Below are positions 27,170 to 40,035 of a stretch of 64,000 bases of DNA, piece after piece. The stretch covers positions 2,170,001 through 2,234,000 of the forward strand of contig NC_043024.1 of NCBI RefSeq assembly GCF_006345805.1, read 5' to 3'. The DNA is from Octopus sinensis (Eukaryota). Under the pieces are notes generated by a model that did no database searches, had not been told where the DNA came from, and saw only the letters and a list, made by a program, of their open reading frames with translations. A program made the translations under genes and the position numbers. Within the stretch, counting starts at the first letter, position 1; every line of letters begins with the position of its first letter.

Positions 27170-27941
27170 TATTTCTTTATTGCCCACAAGGGGTTAAACA
27201 CAGAGGGGACAAACAAGGACAGACATAGGTATTAAGTCGATTACATTGATCCCCAGTGCGTAACTGGTGCTTAATTTATCGACCCCGAAAGGATGAAAGG
27301 CAAAGTCGACCTTGGTGGAATTTGAACTCAGAACGTAAAGACAGACGAAATACCTATTTCTTTACTACCCACAAGGGGCTAAACACAGAGAGGACAAACA
27401 AGGACAGACAAACGGATTAAGTCAATTACATCGACCCCAGTGCGTAACTGGTACTTAATTTATCGACCCCGAAAGGATGAAAGGCAAAGTCGACCTCGGT
27501 GGAATTTGAACTCAGAATGTAGCGGCAGGCGAAATACCTATTTCTTTACTACCCACAAGGGGACAAACAAGGACAGACAAACGGATTAAGTCGATTACAT
27601 CGACCCCAGTGCATAACTGGTACTTAATTTACCGACCCCGAAAGGATGAAAGGCAAAGTCGACCTTGGCGGAATTTGAACTCAGAATGTAGCGGCAGGCG
27701 AAATACCTATTTCTTTACTACCACAAGGGGCTAAACACAGAGGGGACAAACAAGGACAGACAAAGGGGTTAAGTCGATTACATCGACCCTAGTGCGTAAC
27801 TGGTACTTAATTTATCGACCCCGAAAGGATGAAAGGCAATGTCGACCTCGGCGGAATTTGAACCCAGAACGTAACGGCAGACGAAATACGGCTACGCATT
27901 TCGCCCGGCGTGCTAACGAGTCTGCCAGCTCGTCACCTTAA
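27170..27941 (-). mobile_element. Tandem tetramer of family-3 SINE flanked by one 11-bp TSD
   Basis: One full head plus three head-less ~175-190 bp units; tctttaaaata at 27159-27169 and 27942-27952. Confidence 0.85.
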
Positions 27942-28039
27942 TCTTTAAAATAGTTAGTCTTTATAATAATGAAAAATTTAGTTTAAAAAAAAACACTTTG
28001 ACATACTGTTTTCCATGTTTTGTTTTGAATTTTTTTTTA

Positions 28040-28263
28040 TTACTCTTTTTACTCTTTTTTTTACTTGTTTCAGTCATTTGACTGTGGCCATGCTGGAGCA
28101 CCGCCTTTAGTCGAGCAACTCGACCCCGGGACTTATTCTTTTGTAAGCCCAGTACTTATCCTATCGGTCTCTTTTGCCGAACCGCTAAGTGACGGGGACG
28201 TAAACACACCAGCATCGGTTGTCAAGCGATGCTAGGGAGACAAACACAGACACACAAACACAT

Positions 28264-28296
<33 letters not shown>

Positions 28297-28453
28297 CATA
28301 TATACGACAGGCTTCTTTCAGTTTCCGTCTACCAAATCCACTCACAAGGCATTGGTCGGCCCGGGGCTATAGCAGAAGACACTTGCCCAAGATGCCACGC
28401 AGTGGGACTGAACCCGGAACCATGTGGTTGGTTAGCAAGCTACTCCTGCGCCT
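28040..28453 (-). mobile_element. Near full-length family-1 SINE
   Basis: Reverse complement of the 26390-26794 type. Confidence 0.85.
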
Positions 28454-28742
28454 AATTAATCATGGATTATCTTGTAGCTTTGAGATTTTACTTGTAGCTT
28501 TGAGATTTTACAGCACTCCTGCGCCTAATTAATCATGGATTATCTTGTAGCTTTGAGATTTTACAGCCACTCCTGCGCCTAATTAATCATGGATTATCTT
28601 GTAGCTTTGAGATTTTACAGCCACTCCTGCGCCTAATTAATCATGGATTATCTTGTAGCTTTGAGATTTTACATGCCTTTGAGATTGCCACTCCTGCGCC
28701 TAATTAATCATGGATTATCTTGTAGCTTTGAGATTTTACAGC
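28442..28742. repeat. Five ~54-bp tandem units joining a SINE-1 head end to MITE sequence
   Basis: actcctgcgcctaattaatcatggattatcttgtagctttgagattttacagcc x5. Confidence 0.85.
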
Positions 28743-29004
28743 GAATTAATCATGTGATTATGTTTAGAATGACATTGTAGGGTAGGTGTGAGATGGTTTA
28801 AGCCTTTAGCACTCATATTTCTTTGTCAAATGTAATGCTTATTTATTCTCATTGTTTTGAATTAATCATGGATTATCTCATAGCTTTGACATTTCAACAA
28901 TGTGATTGTTTTGTTTTTTTATTAGAGTGACATAGCAGGGTAGGTGTGAGAGACTGCACCTGTATAGTTCTGAACATGAAGCAGGTAGAATACTTAGGCC
29001 GGGT

Positions 29005-29210
29005 GGTAGTTAGTTAGTTAGTTAGTTAGTTAGTCAATTTGGCTCAAAGGCAAATAGCAAGGCCATGTAGGGGGACATGGAGTTAAGTACAGGGTGGTGT
29101 TCATATAAAGAGTTCAGGCCACTTGAGGTCAGGGAGGCTTTGAACAAAGCGGTCGTCGGCATCTTCACCATCTCGTCTGGCAGCTTGTTCCACGGATCCG
29201 CAACCCGGGT
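29005..29210 (-). mobile_element. CR1-type LINE 3' end with (ctaa)n tail
   Basis: Translates TRVADPWNKLPDEMVKMPTTALFKASL, the RV..WN.LP..FK..LD C-terminal motif of CR1-group ORF2. Confidence 0.7.
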
Positions 29211-29589
29211 ATGGATGGTTCAAATGCTAAAGTGTTTAAGTTTTGCTCAGGTGTTTTTTTTTTTTCCAATCATGATTAACGAGATAATGTCTGTTTAAGA
29301 AAGACAAACAACGGTTACCAGATCTTTCTTCCAGGTGTTTGCGAATTTGAAGACGTCTGTGAATTACAAAACAGTCTACAAGGAATGGTTTCTTACACAT
29401 CTTTTTCTTTAGAATGCATTTGTTTACCAACTTCAAGTTTGTGATTCAAAAATAAGGATTCCTCACACATTTTAGAAAAAAAGGATTTCTCTTAAACAAA
29501 ACCAAATTTGCAGATTACAAAATGAAAATGAAAATTCAAGTGAAAAAAACTTAAATTCACAATAAATGATCCATGCTGGATCTTTTCAC

Positions 29590-29927
29590 TTTGACCGGCA
29601 GATTTTAAAAAAATGATTTTTTGTAACTTTTCAGCGGTGGTGCCCCAGCATGGCCGCGGCCTTTGGGCTAAAACACTTTTAAACTTCGTATAGTGGTAGA
29701 ATGTGTCATATAAAACATCTTTTTCTCTTGGCGTTATTGAGAAAATTCTGTAGTTTGTAAAGTGAAAAGATCCTAAAAGCTTGCCGACATGTACATGTTG
29801 ATGGACCAAAAGCTTAGACTTGCAAGAGAATTCTTTCTCAGATTTTACATTTGGAAGGTTTCTCTCTAGTATGAAGTCGTTTATGTGTCTTTAGATTACC
29901 ATTTGTGGAAAAAAGCTTCCCACATGT
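29590..29927 (-). repeat. Diverged local duplicate of the ZNF-C 3' end (part of last finger, stop, 3' flank)
   Basis: 29671-29927 aligns to 30231-30487 at ~560 bp offset with scattered substitutions. Confidence 0.8.
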
Positions 29928-30397
29928 GATCAACGTTGGATCTAATTAAAAAGGGATTTCGCAATAAATATCGATCTATTTCAACCACACCAGGTAAGAT
30001 ATGATACACATTGAACACTAATACAAAAGAAGCCGCTTATTACAATCGCAGATCATGTCATTTAGTCTTTAAAAATGGTTACTGTAATCAAATCCTGCAG
30101 GTTTCCAAACTTATTCGTTTCACAGATGCTTTTTTTCCAAACAGCCTCCAGTGTTTATAATTAGAATTTAATTAAAAGTTGGAGATCTTTTCAGTTTGAA
30201 TGGCAGTTTAAAAATAATTTTTTGTGACTAAACACTTTTAAACTTCGTATAGTGGTAGAATGTGTCACATAAAACGTCTTTTTCTCTTGGCTTTATTGAG
30301 AAAATTCTGTAGTTTGTAAGGTGAAAAGATCCTAAATTCTTACCGACATTTACATGTTGATGGACCAAAAGCTCAGACTTGCAAGAGAATTTCTTTC

Positions 30398-31979
<1,582 letters not shown>

Positions 31980-32399
31980 AGTAATTCTTAAAAGGCTGAG
32001 AAATGTCTGTTTATAAATAATGTATGATAGTTCAGCTTCTTACCGTAAATATCACGAGTTTTTTTATTTATGTATGTAGAAAATATGCGATTTAGACATG
32101 GTATTTTCTTACCTGTAGACTGCTTGAGGTCGACTATGTTCTATACAGGTATTATACACATCCTTTTTCCGAGGAATCTAATGCTCTTAGCATAGTTTTC
32201 CGTGGGGCTGGCCAGATTGGAGCAATCTCAAGATTAATCAGCCGAAATTGCGAGGATGATCCGGTTCTTGACTGAAGATTAAAGGCTTCGAATGACCCGT
32301 TCGTGTTTTTGTATCTTCTATTTGGATGTTTTGCGTTCTTGTCCCATTTTGTATTTTTTTTAATATATATTATACAGTTGCAGATAAAGACTTTACATC

Positions 32400-33000
32400 T
32401 ATATTACGAAACATCGTTATACCTAATGGAATATTATACGAATATATGTGTTAACAAATAGAAAGCCCGTGTAGATATCTGATAGCAGACGTTCAGGTGG
32501 AATCGGTAAATCTAACGGGGTAAAATGAGACAAGATGTGGCTGTGTGGGACAGAAACCGGAAAAGAAAATATACAGGTGCTTCGTTAATTACGTTTCGTT
32601 TAATTATGTTCAGGTGCGTGTATGGGGTCGTAATAAATCGGGATTATTTCAAAAGGTTTGATATGAACTAATGTCGAATCCTAATGTAAAAATCCCACGC
32701 CCTTCTCTGTACAAACCCGAATATCTGCAGCGGAATCTTCATGGGACTCAGAAAGCCAAGGTTCTCTCTCTCTCTGCCTGTCCTGACTAGCAGACGTTGA
32801 TGGTTTTGTTTGCATCGTCGGATTTAATTCAAATTTTCTACGATGGTGTATTCTTGCATGCTAATGACGAAAATCATTTTCATTTCTCTTCGTAATTGAT
32901 AATTAAAAAGTTAGAGACGTTTTAAAGTTTGGAATTTTAGCCAATCAGAAGCCTCCGCTAGCGATAAACCGGAAACCGGGATTACCATGTGTAGACGACA
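32400..33000. promoter_or_regulatory. Candidate shared (head-to-head) promoter region of ZNF-C and BCS1L
   Basis: CpG-richer than flanks; ACCGGAAA at 32556 and 32968, AGCCAATCAG at 32939; genes diverge from here. Confidence 0.35.
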
Positions 33001-33294
33001 AGAAAATGAATTTTTTTTCTTTCTTAATTAAAAAGAAATTTAATGAAAGAAAAATTAAAAACATTAAGAAAACAAAAAAAATATTTAAATACAATGAAAA
33101 TGTTATATAATTATTAAATATGGAAGGGGAAAAATAATGATAAGTTCTTAAATGGACGAAAGAATGTTTTTTTTTGTTATGGGGTGGAATTAAAAATAGT
33201 AAAAATTAATCAGAAAAGTTGTAGTATTTGTTTTTAAATAAAAGTTTCTACAAATATCTTTCAGATGGAGAAGATTACGATTATAGACAGATAT

Positions 33295-33320
33295 ATATAT
33301 ATATATATAGATATATAGAT

Positions 33321-33352
<32 letters not shown>

Positions 33353-33355
33353 CGG

Positions 33356-33386
<31 letters not shown>

Positions 33387-33540
33387 TGTATGTATGTATG
33401 TATGTGTGTGTGTATGTATGTATGTATGTATGTATGTATGTATGTATGTATGTATGTATGTGTGTATGTATGTATGTATGTATGTATGTGTGTATGTATG
33501 TATGCATGTATGTATATATGTATGTACGTATATACGTATA
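33295..33540. repeat. (TA)/(GATA)/(TATG)n compound microsatellite
   Basis: Visible simple repeats. Confidence 0.9.
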
Positions 33541-34179
33541 GCCTGTATAATTATATTTCTTTAATACTTCAAAAACAAATTGAATATCAACTCATAAGAT
33601 CTTTACAATTTTCCTTTCGACCAGTACCGAAACGTGGTTATATATTGTCTCATTTTCTACGAAGCTACGAAGCTACTTAAATAATTTAACTAATTGTTGC
33701 TGAGAAATTAAAACCTTAATTATGATAATAATCTACTTTTTGGAGCATAAACTTATTCTTTCGTCCTTTCGGCATCGCCAATCCATTTTTATATGTTTCC
33801 CAATATTGTTGCTATCACTTTCTTACATGTCTTTTAACACAGAGGTCACCAACGCGATCATATGTTTGTAACCCCAGGATCTCTCTGTAGGACACCTTCG
33901 CTATCCACAGGTATCTATCATATTCACCGTGTTATCCCTTGCCTTTATGTGGTCATTCAATATACTAGAAATAACAGCCAATTTTTCTTTAAAGCCACTT
34001 CTTCGTCCCGGACAAAAAATACGGGAATAATTTCTCATTACGGAGGGTCTTTTGTGGATTAATAAGGGGCTGGGTAAGTTGTCATGACTAAATGAAGATG
34101 GTTTAGCATTTTTATATCTTCCCATTGCTGTCTGGTTTGGAAGTTCGCTTCGCAACCATGTGGTTCCGTGTTCAATACC

Positions 34180-34410
34180 TATTTCTTTACTACCCACAAG
34201 GGGCTACACACAGAGGGGACAAACAAGGACAGACAAAGGGATTAAGTCGATTACATCGACCCCAGTGCGTAACTGGTACTTATTTAATCGACCCCGAAAG
34301 GATGGAAGGCAAAGTCGACCTCGACGGAATTTGAACTCACAACGTAACGCAGACGAAATACCACTAAGCATTTCGCCCGGCGCGCTAACGTTTCTGCCAG
34401 CTCGCCGCCT
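34180..34410 (-). mobile_element. Full-length family-3 SINE inserted in an older SINE head; inverted partner copy at 34522-34735 (+)
   Basis: TSD gtgttcaata(cc) at 34168 and 34411. Confidence 0.85.
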
Positions 34411-35020
34411 GTGTTCAATACCGCTGCTCGTCACCTTGGGTACCGGGCCGACAATGCCACATGTTGGTCTGTCGTCTCCCTGACTATTTGTCTGTCTGTC
34501 TGTCTATCTATTTCTTTCTTTAAGCGGCGAGCTGGCAGAAACGTTAGCACACCGGGCGAAATGCGTAGCCATATTTCGTCTGCCGTTACGTTCTGGGTTC
34601 AAATTCCGCCAAGGTCGATTAAATAAGTACCAGTTACGCACTGGGGTCGATGTAATCGACTTAATACCCATGTCTGTCCTTGTTTGTCCCCTTTGTGTTT
34701 AGCCCCTTGTGGGTAGTAAAGAAATATATTTTTTCTTTAGGTGCATCTGTGTATACGCCTTTGTTTTCGTCCGTCTGCACACCGCTTGGCAACAGACAGG
34801 TGATGGTTTGTTTACCTCCTCGTAACTTTACGTACCAGACTTTAAAACAGCTCGTACTGCTGTAGAATTGTCCGACCCAAGTCTTCGAGAACGATGGTCG
34901 CAGTTCAATGCCTGAAACAATTCCAAGGATAAAAGAACGCCGTTGCGAAGGAAGAACAGGCAGGACTTCCACTCACAGCTTTTGCAAAACTCCACCAAAG
35001 TTACAACCGATTATAAGGTG

Positions 35021-35272
35021 GGTACTATTTAAGAAGAGTGGTCCCGGTGCGCGCACTCGCGTACTCCAGCAACCGCGCTAGCTAGTCGTGACTAGTCGAT
35101 CCTACAACGACTACCTAGCAAAGTAAATCAAACACAAAATAAATAATTTTTTTTAAACAAAGTAAATTAAACACAAAAAACACAAAGTAAGGATCGACTA
35201 GTCACGACTAGCTAGCGCGTATGCGTGAGTACGCGAGTGCGCGCACCGGGACAACTCTTCTTAAAAAGTACC
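35021..35272. mobile_element. MULE (Mutator)-like MITE
   Basis: ~80-bp imperfect TIRs starting GGTACT; perfect 9-bp TSD tataaggtg at 35012-35020 and 35273-35281. Confidence 0.8.
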
Positions 35273-35664
35273 TATAAGGTGTACTTTCGACCAGGACCTC
35301 TTCGTTAATTTGATCTAATTTCTACATGGAGAGCGTGTAATACTCTTTGTTATACTCTTTTACTTGTTTCAGGCATTTGACTGCGGCCATGCTGGTGCAC
35401 CGCCTTTAGTCGAGCAAATCGACCCCAGGACTTATTCTTTGTGAGCCTAGTACTTATTCTATCGGTCTCTTTTGCCGAACCGCTAAGTGACGGGGACGTA
35501 AACACACCAGCATCGGTTGTCAAGCGATGTTGAGGGGACAAACACAGACTCACAAATACACACACACACATACATACATGCATACATATATAAGCCTTGT
35601 GAGTGGATTTAGTAGATGGAAAAGGAAAGAAGCCCGTCGTATATATGTATGTGTATATATACAC

Positions 35665-35843
35665 ATGTGACCGCGTGTGTACCGTTGGCGATTTTTTTCC
35701 TCTGTCTTCCCTTCTCTGGATCTTTCCTTCCCCTATGTTTCCGACGAGGAGCTCCGCTCGAAACGTTAAACCCTCCTTCTTTCCTGAGCGTCCAATAATA
35801 TTGTTCCACGTCCTTGCGTTGTTGTGTTTTCTTGTTTGGATTA

Positions 35844-35850
<7 letters not shown>
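35665..35850 (+). mobile_element. Dispersed repeat with the most intact core-variant hammerhead-like motif of its family (35734-35800)
   Basis: CCGACGA-G-GAGC/tcc/GCTC-GAAA-CGTT...AGCGT-C; ends in (TA)n. Confidence 0.55.
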
Positions 35851-35899
<49 letters not shown>

Positions 35900-36141
35900 T
35901 GTATACGACGGGCTTCTTTCCTTTTCCGTCTACCAAATCCACTCACAAGGCTTTGGTCAGCCCGAGGCTATAGTAGAAGAAACTTGCCCAAGATGCCACA
36001 CAGTGGGACTGAACCCAGAACCGTGTGGTGGTAAGCAAGCTACTTACCACACAGCCACTCATGAATAATCTTAATGAATTAGTTTTATTATATTTTGATT
36101 CTTTTTCTTTTTTATTCCAGATTACTTATCTTTGACGCAGT

Positions 36142-36878
36142 ATGACGGTTGTGGACCTTCTGGGATCCTGACCACAAATCCTTATTTTGGTGCCGGATTT
36201 GGGCTGGTAGGTGTCGGAACCGGAATGGCAGCACTGCGGAAATTAAGTCAGTATGGTTTGATCCTGCTGCGAAGAAACTACCTGATCAGCTTGGAGGTTC
36301 CGAGCTCAGACAAGAGCTACCGCTGGCTGTTGCACTGGATCTCCAACCGAGCGTACAAGCGCACGCAGCATCTTAGCGTTCACACCAAGTACCATCAGTC
36401 AGACACGGGCCGTGTCTTCACGTACTTTGACTTTGTGCCGAGCCCCGGTGACCACTTTTTCAGGCAAGGCAAGGCAACTGGTTCAAAGTGGAGCGAAACC
36501 GCGAGAAAACGATGGGGGACATCACGACGGGGGTACCCTTCGAGACCGTCTCGTTGACGGCCGTCGGGCAAAACAAGCAATTGTTTATTGACATTCTCGA
36601 TGAGGCGCGAGCAATTGCACTCAAAGAGCAGGAGGGCAGAACGGTCATGTACACACCGATGGGTGCCGAATGGCGACAGCTGGGGTACCCAAAGCGCAAA
36701 CGTCCCTTGCACTCTGTCATTCTTGATCATGGCATTTCAGAAGGAATATTTAAAGACATCAACGAATTCATTTCCAGCGTCAAGTGGTATACAGACAGAG
36801 GTATCCCCTATCGCAGGGGTTACTTGCTTCACGGACCCCCAGGTTGTGGGAAAAGCAGTTACATTGTAGCCCTGGCAG
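36142..36878 (+). CDS. BCS1L: BCS1L coding exon 1 (mitochondrial complex III assembly AAA ATPase); two apparent frameshifts
   Basis: ATG 36142 MTVVDLLGS|[17 protein letters not shown]; TQHLSV; FDFVPSPG; [25 protein letters not shown] (Walker A); acceptor 36120, donor g|gtaag 36878; shifts at ~36168 and ~36474. Confidence 0.9.
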
Positions 36879-37144
36879 GTAAGGAAACATTTTTGAAAAA
36901 TAATTAACTCTTTGGCTTTCAGATTAATTTATCAAATGTAATCAAATTAATCGCGTAGTATCTTGTAGCTTTAGTATTTTGAAGATGTGATTGTTTATTT
37001 TTTAGAATGACATTGTAGGGTAGGTGTGAGAGACTGAATCTGGCCAGTTCCAATATAAAACTGGTTGAATATTTGGGCTGGATTTGGCCAGTTTGAATGC
37101 TAAAAGGGGAATGAGAAATTGGTTGTGAGGTTATGATTATAGCA

Positions 37145-37610
37145 AAACTCTCTCTCTCCCCACACTTTCTTTCCTCTCTTCTCTCCCTTTTCATCCCTTT
37201 CCTCCCTCTCTTCTCTCTTTCTTACCTCTGTCTCTCTCCATTCTTTCTTCTCTCTTTCCTCTCTTTTTCTCTTCTCTCACTTTCTTCTCATTCTCTCCTC
37301 TTTCTTTTTCCACTCTCTCTTTCTCCTCCCCCTTTCCCTCCTCGCTCTCTCCGCTCATCTCCCTTACCTCTCTCTTTCTCATTCTCTTCTTTCCTCTCTC
37401 TCTCTTATTTTCTTTTCTCTCTTCTCTCTCTCTCCATTCTCTTTTTCTATTCTCTTTCTTTCCCCACTCTCTCTTCTTCTCCTCCCTTTCCTCCTCTCGT
37501 TCTCTCTCTTCCTCTCTTCTCTTTTTCTCTCCTCTCACTTCCTCTCCTATCTTTCTCTCCTCCCTCCTCTTTTTCCCCTCTCATTCTCTCTCTTTCTCTC
37601 CTCTCTACAG
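37145..37610. repeat. CT-rich low-complexity tract in BCS1L intron
   Basis: Almost pure pyrimidine on + strand. Confidence 0.9.
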
Positions 37611-38064
37611 TAAAAAAAACCTATTTCTCTCCCTCTCTTCATACTCCAACATCTCATCACCTGGCATAATGCTACCCCCACTCAGCACTACTCTCTCTCT
37701 CTCTCCCTGCCCCGCCTCAGTGAGTGGGGGGTGGTGGTGCTTGTCTTCTGACTCACTCGCTGACCTTGCTGGCACTGAATAAATCAGCATAAAAGGAACT
37801 GTAAATGGTTGGCATTAGAAAGAGCATCCAGCCATAGAAACCATTCCAGAGCAGACAGTGGAGCTTGGTGCAATCCTCTGGCTTGCCAGCTCCTGTCAAA
37901 CCATTGAGCTTGGCGTAGTTTTCTGGTTTGCCAGCATGGAAGGAGGACTTTAAATGAAGGTCATATTCTCATCTCAGTGGCCTCTGACCTCTCCACACAC
38001 ACGGCTTGCAATTAACCATTTTGTTTATTGACTTGATTTGGGTTTTTTTTTTACCTTTGAACAG

Positions 38065-38220
38065 GTGAGCTGGATTATCACATTTGTGTGATGAACCTCA
38101 GCGAACGCAGCCTCACGGATGACCGAGTGTCTCACCTGCTGACCACAGCACCCGAACAGAGCATCATCCTCCTCGAGGACATTGATGCTGCTTTTGTCAG
38201 CCGGGATCTTTCTGTTGAAA
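38065..38220 (+). CDS. BCS1L: BCS1L coding exon 2
   Basis: acag|..[37 protein letters not shown] (Walker B)..|gtaagt; phase 1/1. Confidence 0.95.
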
Positions 38221-38414
38221 GTAAGTACTCTCCCTCTTCATCTATGTCTTCATCTCCACTCCTTCCTTTTCTCCCTCCACTTCCTCTCTTCTTCCCCTTC
38301 TCCCTCTTCTCCCTCCACTTTTCCCTCTTCCTCTTCTGCTTCTTCTCCCTCTTCCTCTTCTTCAACCTTCCTTTTCCTCATCCCCTTCTTCCTCTTCACC
38401 TTCTATTACAATAA

Positions 38415-38703
38415 AGATCCCAGTTGATCCGATCAACAGAACAGCCTGCTAGTGAAATTAACATGCAAGTTGCTGAGTACTCCACAGACACATGCACCCC
38501 TAACATAGTTCCCAGACAGATTCAGCATGACACAGAATGTGACAAGGCTGGCCCCCTTTGAATTACAGGTACACTCATTTTTACCAGCTGAGGAGACTGG
38601 GGCAACATGAAATAAAGTGTCTTGCTCAAGGACAGAATGCATCACCAGGATTCGAACTCATGACCTTACAATCATGAACCAATCACCCTAACCACCAAGC
38701 CAT
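38415..38703 (-). mobile_element. Family-4 tRNA-derived SINE (body ccttgagcaagacactttatttca..ccagtc..cagctgg); related copies 48780-49020 (+), 49709-49860 (-)
   Basis: A/B-box head tggcttggtggttaggg..gagttcgaatcctgg on minus strand. Confidence 0.7.
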
Positions 38704-38755
38704 CACTCCTTCACTTCTTCCCCCCTCCAACCCATTTTATGCTTTCTTTCCCCAG

Positions 38756-38873
38756 ATCCTGCTGCTTACCAAGGGTTTGGCCGTTTGACCCTCAGTGGTT
38801 TACTCAATGCCCTGGACGGAGTCGCTTCCGCAGAAGGACGCATCGTTTTCATGACGACTAATTATTTAAACAG
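38756..38873 (+). CDS. BCS1L: BCS1L coding exon 3
   Basis: ccag|[40 protein letters not shown]|gtaagt. Confidence 0.95.
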
Positions 38874-39779
38874 GTAAGTTTTTTAATGACTTTTACTCCT
38901 TCGTTCGTTAATTTATTCTTTCACTCGTTTCGGTCATTTGAGTGCAGGAATATGTTGAACTAGCTGAAAAGTCACCTGATAGGGCAGCTTTTAAGCTAGC
39001 TCCTGTGGAGGGCCCTTCATTGGGTTTTGGGCCCAACAACGACACTTCCTGCTTTGAATACATTATATATATATATGTATATTCTTTTCTTTTATTCTTT
39101 CATTTGTTTCAGTCATTTGACTACGGCCATGCTGGAGCACTGCCTTTAGTCAAGCAAATCGACCCCAGGACTTAAGATTTTGTTGTGAAAAATATGTGCA
39201 GGCGTAGCTGTGTGGTAGGAACCTTGCTTAGCAACCATGTGGTTCCAGGTTCAGTCCCACTGTGTGGCACCTTGGTCAAGTGTCTTCTACTATAGCCTAG
39301 GGCTCACCATAGCCTTGTGAGTGGATTTGGTAGACGGAAACTGAAAGAAGCCTGTCGTATATATATATGTATGTATGTCTTTGTGTCCCCTAACAATCAC
39401 ACGACAACAGACGTTGGTGTGTTTACATTCATGTTACTTAGCGGTTCAGCAAAGAGTCCAATAAAATAAATTCTGGAGTTGCTCCAGCATGGCTGTAGTA
39501 AAATGACTGAAACAAGTAACAGAATAACAAAATGATTAATTTTAAGTATATAATTTATTTATTTATTTTATTTTATCTAGTTTCAGCTCACGAGCTGTGG
39601 CCATGCTGGGGCACTGTCATTTGGAATTGTTTTTAAACTTCAAATTGCTCTGGGCACCCAGCAAAGTAAAACAGGAATTAAAGGGGTCCACAGGAATAAA
39701 AAATAGATGAGAACCCCTAATTTTCACGCATCATTGTCCTCTCTCTTTTTCTGCTTATTTTTTTTCTTTTTTTTTGCAG

Positions 39780-40035
39780 ACTTGACTCTGCACTGATCCG
39801 ACCTGGTCGAGTGGATATCAAAGAGAAGATCGACTTTGCCTCAAAGCACCAAATAAAGACCATGTTTCTGCGCTTCTATCCGGAGGAACTCGAGAGCATG
39901 GCAGAACAGTTCGCCGACCAGCTTTTAGCCGAGAGCCAGGAAATCAGTGCTGCCCAACTCCAGGGTTACTTTCTCATGTACAAATCAGACTCAAAATCTG
40001 CTCTTGACAATGTACAGCAGCTACCGAAATTTTAA
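39780..40035 (+). CDS. BCS1L: BCS1L coding exon 4 (stop)
   Basis: gcag|LDSALIRPGRVD..EISAAQLQGYFLMYK..PKF*; with 2 nt restored the CDS is 1269 nt = 422 aa. Confidence 0.95.

Noticed and set aside
28442-28742. Regularly spaced direct repeats resembling a CRISPR array (also the 84-bp ZNF units)
   Set aside because: No unique spacers, no cas genes, eukaryotic context
37133-37669. 178-aa Leu/Ser/Phe-rich ORF and its Glu/Arg-rich antisense
   Set aside because: CT low-complexity intron sequence
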